A DNA stretch of 64,000 nt, from the IMG/VR virus record IMGVR_UViG_3300027816_000051, positions 124,001-188,000 of that record; one strand, written 5' to 3'. Of the stretch, positions 58,771 through 64,000 are shown piece after piece (position 1 is the stretch's first letter; the number at the start of each line of letters is the position of its first letter). The notes beneath the pieces were generated by a model. The model made no database searches. It saw only the letters and a list, made by a program, of their open reading frames with translations, and had not been told where the DNA came from. Both the position numbers and the translations under genes were made by a program.

Positions 58771-59964
58771 ATGGATAAATTAACCGAAAAATATTTAAGA
58801 CGTATCATTTCTGAATCTTATATCTCTGATGTGGAGGAAATGGCATACAAACAAAAGGGTGTCAGGGATGACAAAGGTAAACTAGTAAAATATAAACCTT
58901 TCTTCAAAGAAGATAATGACACAGATATCCCTGATTATTGGATTGCAAACCCCACCTTACAAGAGGGTGGTGAGATATTAGTGGTACCATTAGATTGTCA
59001 GGAACTTGAAGCGTTTAAAAATGCAAACAAAGAATTCTTAGAAAAAATCAAAGAACTCCACAATTTAGAACCACAATTAGCCGCTTGTAAGAGAGGAAAG
59101 TACCATAGACCTATTGAAAAATATGTTGAGGGTGGATATAAACCCACAGGTGACACATATAAAGAACAAGAAACAATTAAGAGAAGACTATTCACAATCA
59201 TTGCAAATACTTTTGAAGACGAATCGTTTGTTCAAGAACTTAACAAAAGAAGTATTCCTGCTGTGGTTGCTAGAGATAGAAAGAATGTCGACCAATATGG
59301 TAAATTTACAAATCAATTAATTGAATACTCAACACATAACTATAATGCTTACCCAACAGTAAGGGATTTTTTATTATCGGCAGTGGCTCGAGTTCAGGGT
59401 AAAGATACTGATGAAATGAAAACATTTTATATGGCTCGTCAGTACAATAAAAATTACAATAACTGGAGAGCAGACAAAAAAATGTTGAAACAATATGCTG
59501 GTAAAACACCAAAATATATGTTAGACGCATATGGTCTTGAGGAAAAAAACATAGACGTTACAGTTAGAATGGATTTTGAACTTAAAGGAGAATTAATTGG
59601 TGAAAATAGTTTTGCGTGGACCGCTAGAGCTCAAACCAAGTTAGGTAAAAAACTTGAAAGCGAAAGTGGATTAAAAGGTGGGTTTCTCGATGATAAATTA
59701 ATTCAATCATCTGCAACCGCACAACTTAGACCTGGAACAACATTCAATGATAATTATACGGTAATGAACGATAAACAAGTTGTGGATGCGTTAATGGAAG
59801 TTATTAATGATTTAAAAACACAGATTTTATCATTAAATCCAAAAGACAATCTTAAAAGCGCAACAGTAAAAAGATACCAAGTTGGGGGTCCAAACCAAAA
59901 TGAACTTAACGAATCAATAAAAAATAAATTGGTGAGTCGAATAGTTCAAAAAGTGGTCAAATAA
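58771..59964 (+). CDS. Hypothetical late protein
   Basis: TATTTAT at 58746-58752; LTEKYLRRIISE N-terminal helix. Confidence 0.6.
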   Translation: MDKLTEKYLRRIISESYISDVEEMAYKQKGVRDDKGKLVKYKPFFKEDNDTDIPDYWIANPTLQEGGEILVVPLDCQELEAFKNANKEFLEKIKELHNLEPQLAACKRGKYHRPIEKYVEGGYKPTGDTYKEQETIKRRLFTIIANTFEDESFVQELNKRSIPAVVARDRKNVDQYGKFTNQLIEYSTHNYNAYPTVRDFLLSAVARVQGKDTDEMKTFYMARQYNKNYNNWRADKKMLKQYAGKTPKYMLDAYGLEEKNIDVTVRMDFELKGELIGENSFAWTARAQTKLGKKLESESGLKGGFLDDKLIQSSATAQLRPGTTFNDNYTVMNDKQVVDALMEVINDLKTQILSLNPKDNLKSATVKRYQVGGPNQNELNESIKNKLVSRIVQKVVK

Positions 59965-59978
59965 ATTAAAACCAAATT

Positions 59979-60006
59979 AAATCCCGAGAAATCGGGATTT
60001 TTTTTT
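59979..60006 (+). terminator. Intrinsic terminator
   Basis: AAATCCCGA-GAAA-TCGGGATTT plus T run. Confidence 0.85.
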
Positions 60007-60013
60007 GCAATAT

Positions 60014-60045
60014 TTTGGTATATCCAAAATTATTTCATATATTTG
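60014..60045 (+). promoter_or_regulatory. Bacteroidota-type promoter TTTG-N20-TATATTTG
   Basis: Exact consensus and spacing, directly after the terminator. Confidence 0.7.
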
Positions 60046-60063
60046 GCCCATATTAATTTTAAA

Positions 60064-60570
60064 ATGGGTACAAATTATTATCGTATACCGACCGCAGAGG
60101 AAATGGAGTCACGTAAATCACGTCTCCAAAGAGATATAGAAAAGATGACAATGTCACCTAGTGATATTGAACGTGGATTTCCCTTTATTGACCCATTTAA
60201 AGAATCTTGGGAGATAGTTAGCCCTTGGGACATATTCAGAGATGGTACATCAATTCATTTAGGTAAAAGAAGTGGTGGGTGGAAGTTTTGTTGGAATTTT
60301 CATAATAATAAACATTATTCAAATAAAGAAGAACTACTTTCATTTATTCGTTCAGGAAGAATTGTGGATGAATATGGTGAAGAATGGAATGTTGAAGAGT
60401 TTATCACCATGGCTCTTGAGTGGGGTCAACCAGATGGTTGGGTTGTAAATGAAGAATACAGGAGAGACCAAAGGTCGAAAGGCCACGGAATGTTTTGGAT
60501 GGACAACGAAAAATATGATGATTTAATAATCGATGGACTTCGTGTGAGTACATCAGTTGATTTTAGTTAA
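60064..60570 (+). CDS. Hypothetical phage protein (MGTNYY; IHLGKRSGGW)
   Basis: Start moved to the ATG at 60064. Confidence 0.65.
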   Translation: MGTNYYRIPTAEEMESRKSRLQRDIEKMTMSPSDIERGFPFIDPFKESWEIVSPWDIFRDGTSIHLGKRSGGWKFCWNFHNNKHYSNKEELLSFIRSGRIVDEYGEEWNVEEFITMALEWGQPDGWVVNEEYRRDQRSKGHGMFWMDNEKYDDLIIDGLRVSTSVDFS

Positions 60571-60571
60571 T

Positions 60572-61228
60572 ATGTTAAGAATAGATAACAATAGAAAAGT
60601 TTGGATAACGTCTGACACGCATTACTCACATACTAATATATGTAGAGGAATTACTAATTGGAGAATGCCTGACGGTAGTATTCCCGTTAATCAAACGAGA
60701 GACTTCGCAACTCTTGATAAGATGAACGCCGCGATTGTAAACAACATCAATGAGGTTGTTGGACAGGATGATGTTTTGATTCACTTGGGTGATTGGTCAT
60801 TCGGTGGGTTTGATAATATAGCGGAATTCAGACATAGAATCGTTTGTCAAGAGATTCACATCCTATTGGGTAACCATGACCATCACATTGAAAGAAACCG
60901 TGAGAATTGTCAGAGTTTATTTACCAGTGTAAGTCATTACAATAGACTTGAATACCAAGGGCATTCATTCGAGATGTTACATTATCCTATCAGTTCGTGG
61001 AACAATCTGAGAAAGGGTAGAATCCATTTACACGGACACTGTCATTTACCTAACCACTTAAAAGTTAGTGGTGGGAGAAGAATGGATGTTGGTATGGATG
61101 GACACCCTGAGTTCAGACCATATGACTTTGTACATGAGGTTTTAAATCCAATGTTGAAGGTTCCGATTGGTTCTGAATTGGGGGATATAGACCATCACAA
61201 TGACGACATGAAAAATGTTGTAGGTTAA
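60572..61228 (+). CDS. Calcineurin-like metallophosphoesterase
   Basis: TSDTH, HLGD, GNHD, HYP, HGHCH. Confidence 0.85.
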   Translation: MLRIDNNRKVWITSDTHYSHTNICRGITNWRMPDGSIPVNQTRDFATLDKMNAAIVNNINEVVGQDDVLIHLGDWSFGGFDNIAEFRHRIVCQEIHILLGNHDHHIERNRENCQSLFTSVSHYNRLEYQGHSFEMLHYPISSWNNLRKGRIHLHGHCHLPNHLKVSGGRRMDVGMDGHPEFRPYDFVHEVLNPMLKVPIGSELGDIDHHNDDMKNVVG

Positions 61229-61266
61229 ATTTTTTACTTTAAAAAATATTTCATATAATTTAATTA

Positions 61267-61611
61267 ATGAACATGTTAAACAAAATCTTCACCAATATTA
61301 TAAAATCCAAAACAACGATTACCTTTTTGGTATTTTTCTTCATTGGAATTTCTTATCAATTTTTAATCTTTCCTGGATTAACCGTTGCAAATACGATAAT
61401 CAACATAATCTCAGCGATTTTTTCGGTGGGTACGGCAATGTTTGCGGTTTTTTATATTAGGTTTATGTACTTTAATGATGAACCTTTTGAACTCTTCACA
61501 CCGGACCCAAATAAAACACCTGAGACGGAATTGGATTATAATCCAAAGAAAGTTACCAAAAAAGAAAGAAAATCTAAAACAACAATTAAAATTAAAAAAC
61601 AAACTAAATAA
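61267..61611 (+). CDS. Two-TM membrane protein
   Basis: Two hydrophobic helices and a basic tail. Confidence 0.55.
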   Translation: MNMLNKIFTNIIKSKTTITFLVFFFIGISYQFLIFPGLTVANTIINIISAIFSVGTAMFAVFYIRFMYFNDEPFELFTPDPNKTPETELDYNPKKVTKKERKSKTTIKIKKQTK

Positions 61612-61614
61612 ATT

Positions 61615-62466
61615 ATGGAACCATTTTTGAAACGATTAATTTTCGGAATTTTAGGATTCATTATCCTAACCTTATTGTTTTTCTCTTGTGAGAGAATTGA
61701 CGCCGGTCACGTCGGTGTAAAAGTAAATCTATATGGTGATGGAAAGGGTGTTGATGATGTCACCGAATGTACAGGTATGGTATTCTACAACCCCTTCACA
61801 ACAAAGATTTATGAATTCCCAACCTATATTCAACACAAAGAGTATAAGAAAACTGAGGAATCTGATAATTCATTTGTTGTAAACTCAAAAGACGGTTCTG
61901 AGTTTCAAGTATCCCCAATTATGAACTATTCGGTTCAAAGAGAAAAAGTACCCACAATATTTTCAAAGTATCGTAGGTCATTACCTGAAATTGAGGAGGG
62001 ATTTTTAAAGACCGCAGTATATGACGCGTTTCGTTTAGCAACAAATAAGTACACTGCTGATGAACTAATCTCGAATAGGGCGGTGTTTGAAGTTGAGGTT
62101 CGTAAACTATTGGAAAGTCAACTTTTAAAAGAAGGGTTTGTGATAAACCAATTCACCTCAAATTTGATTTACCCTGAGACATTTAAGAAGTCCATTGAAG
62201 CCAAGAACAATGCGGTCCAAGCAGCGTTAAGGGCGGAAAATGAGGTAAAAACTGCGGAAGCTCAAGCCAAGATTAAAATTGCAACCGCCAATGGTAATGC
62301 TCAAGCAATGTTGACCGCGGCTAAAGCGGAATCCGAAGCCAATCGGATGAAACAACAAACAATTACACCTTTACTCCTACAACTTGAATGGATTAATAAA
62401 TGGAATGGGAAGTTACCCGAAACCATGTTAGGTGACAAAAATAATACGATGATAGGTATTAAATAA
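61615..62466 (+). CDS. SPFH/Band 7/prohibitin-family membrane protein
   Basis: N-terminal TM, IDAGHVGV, SKDG, A-rich coiled coil, KWNGKLP. Confidence 0.88.
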   Translation: MEPFLKRLIFGILGFIILTLLFFSCERIDAGHVGVKVNLYGDGKGVDDVTECTGMVFYNPFTTKIYEFPTYIQHKEYKKTEESDNSFVVNSKDGSEFQVSPIMNYSVQREKVPTIFSKYRRSLPEIEEGFLKTAVYDAFRLATNKYTADELISNRAVFEVEVRKLLESQLLKEGFVINQFTSNLIYPETFKKSIEAKNNAVQAALRAENEVKTAEAQAKIKIATANGNAQAMLTAAKAESEANRMKQQTITPLLLQLEWINKWNGKLPETMLGDKNNTMIGIK

Positions 62467-62470
62467 AAAG

Positions 62471-62494
62471 AACCCCTCGAAAGAGGGGTTTTTT
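62471..62494 (+). terminator. Intrinsic terminator
   Basis: AACCCCTC-GAAA-GAGGGGTT plus T run. Confidence 0.85.
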
Positions 62495-62527
62495 GTTTAC
62501 ATACGATATTTATAGATAAAAGAAAAA

Positions 62528-62761
62528 ATGAAAAAAGTAGTTAAATTATCAATCAAAGATTTAGAAAATATTGTAAAAAGAACAATCAACGAAGCTGAGT
62601 TTGATGATTTCGATACTCAAGCACAGCCCGAGGAATTACCAGGTGCTCAGGAGTACGAAGATGAACAAGAATTAAAAAGAACTGTGGCTATTGGTAAAGG
62701 TGACGATGGAAAAATATACGTAACTGATGTTGAAACCGGTGAAATAATTGCAACCAAGTAA
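62528..62761 (+). CDS. Small late protein with KLSIKDLENIVKRTINE N-terminus
   Basis: TATTTAT at 62507-62513. Confidence 0.65.
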   Translation: MKKVVKLSIKDLENIVKRTINEAEFDDFDTQAQPEELPGAQEYEDEQELKRTVAIGKGDDGKIYVTDVETGEIIATK

Positions 62762-62762
62762 A

Positions 62763-63263
62763 TTATTGGTCCTTAACTTTTTTCTTCAAGTTCCTTATCA
62801 TCCCAATTAATTTCTCATCCCTTTTATTATTAATAATAGTGGTGGTGTTAGATGATTCAGGAAGCATCGCCATCACTCTTACGGAACTATCATCATTAAT
62901 ATTATAGGTTTTACGAGACATTGAGTTTACTACTCTTGTCTCGTTTTTCATTTTATTGGTATAGTTTTCAATATCACTTATAATAGTTAATATCTCATTT
63001 TCCCTTTTAACCATTTCATTGGTACACTCTCTTTGATTTTCTATTACTTGGTTGTTTAACTCATCAATTCTATTGTTTAGTTGTACAATCTGATTGTTTT
63101 GGGATTCTATCCTTAATTTCAGTTCTTCGTCATTATATGTTAAAGACTCAGTGATTTTGGGTCCAACCGAGATAATTATAATTGAAAATAACAAAATTGA
63201 CAGAGCAACAATTCTTTGTCTCTGTGTGAATTTTGATAATATTTCAGATATATACTTAAACAT
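62763..63263 (-). CDS. TM-anchored coiled-coil protein
   Basis: One TM, heptads; reverse TATTTAT at 63270-63276. Confidence 0.6.
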   Translation of the reverse strand: MFKYISEILSKFTQRQRIVALSILLFSIIIISVGPKITESLTYNDEELKLRIESQNNQIVQLNNRIDELNNQVIENQRECTNEMVKRENEILTIISDIENYTNKMKNETRVVNSMSRKTYNINDDSSVRVMAMLPESSNTTTIINNKRDEKLIGMIRNLKKKVKDQ

Positions 63264-63289
63264 ATAATAATAAATATTTCATAATTAAA

Positions 63290-63628
63290 ATGGCAAACAA
63301 AAAAGGATTAAATACTCGAGTAATTACTGTTTTTCATCCAGACACTGACGAGGAATTTGAATTATTCGTAACCTATGAATACATAAATAAAGATGATTCA
63401 GATGAAGATGATAATTTATTTATGGATAACAATGAGGTTGATATTAAATCATATGAACCAAACAACGAAGTTGATGAATTACCAACTTGGTTAACAGAAG
63501 ATATGGTCTACGAGGCCTTGTACGCTGAATTGGAGATAGATGAATTCGAGGGGGAAGAACTCACAGAAGAAGAGGAAGACACCTACTACAATGATTTTGT
63601 TGAGGATTCTGACAATGATGATTATTAA
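63290..63628 (+). CDS. Highly acidic small protein
   Basis: 40 D/E versus 5 K/R in 112 aa (hand count). Confidence 0.65.
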   Translation: MANKKGLNTRVITVFHPDTDEEFELFVTYEYINKDDSDEDDNLFMDNNEVDIKSYEPNNEVDELPTWLTEDMVYEALYAELEIDEFEGEELTEEEEDTYYNDFVEDSDNDDY

Positions 63629-63692
63629 AATTACTCTTTAAAATTTTTTATTTTAAAAATTTATTCTTATACTTGTCATAGAAGTATTTCAA

Positions 63693-64000
63693 ATGACAAA
63701 GTATACTATTTTTTGTGATTTAGATGGGGTCTTAATAGATTTCAACCAAGGTTATAAAGACCTTACTGGTATTGATTTGAACAAAGACGAACATCGTAAC
63801 GACTCACAATTTTGGGCACCAATAGAAAAGGCGGGATATGATTTTTGGGTCAATTTGAAATGGATTGAACCTGACGGTCACATTTTGTGGGAACACATTT
63901 CCAAGTATAATCCAACCCTTTTATCTGCACCATCAAGACAAGTTGAATCCCGTATTGGGAAAATGGAATGGGTAAACAGGGAGTTACCCGGTGTTGCTTT
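63693..64000 (+). CDS. 5'(3')-deoxyribonucleotidase-like HAD protein, 3'-truncated
   Basis: Read by hand: MTKYTIFCDLDGVLIDF...LSAP...GKMEWV; not in the ORF track. Confidence 0.8.
   Translation, partial: MTKYTIFCDLDGVLIDFNQGYKDLTGIDLNKDEHRNDSQFWAPIEKAGYDFWVNLKWIEPDGHILWEHISKYNPTLLSAPSRQVESRIGKMEWVNRELPGVA

Noticed and set aside
1-64000. tRNA or rRNA genes; a eukaryotic giant-virus origin
   Set aside because: No cloverleaf or T-loop patterns seen in the short intergenic gaps; the bacterial sigma factor, DnaG-like primase, peptidoglycan hydrolase and bacterial promoters indicate a phage

Overview
A 64-kb segment of a large, AT-rich (roughly 30% GC, estimated by eye) dsDNA tailed phage genome, with genes tiling densely in the standard code 11. 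A Bacteroidota (probably Flavobacteria-like) host is suggested by TTTG-N20-TATATTTG promoters, A-rich starts without obvious Shine-Dalgarno sites, a Gln+1 signal peptide and DUF2452/GSII/Hc1-type genes. Left to right: (1) 1-9.4 kb, putative virion/tail proteins built from Cys-rich modules joined by long mucin-like Pro/Thr linkers, ending in a tail-collar/baseplate-like gene; (2) 9.4-19.4 kb, replication/recombination (RuvC-like, DnaG-like primase, PD-(D/E)XK exonuclease, Mre11/Rad50 pair), ClpP and an RpoD-like sigma factor; (3) 19.4-29.7 kb, an envelope module with a candidate -1 frameshift and a degenerate amidase, putative head-internal proteins, an Hc1-like protein, a Dam-like MTase, an AAA ATPase and two redoxins; (4) 29.7-41.8 kb, a 15-gene minus-strand operon of apparently soluble glycosyltransferases, FkbM methyltransferases and nucleotide-sugar epimerases; (5) 42-64 kb, accessory and metabolic genes (second MTase, glutamine synthetase II, thioesterase, ThyA, CxxCH lipoprotein, tandem PcfJ-like genes, DenV-like glycosylase, multi-domain peptidoglycan hydrolase, phosphoesterase, SPFH protein, HAD nucleotidase). 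The leading hypothesis is a phage-encoded virion protein O-glycosylation system pairing the glycosylation operon with the mucin-like structural proteins. All family calls come from motif recognition by eye; no database searches were run.
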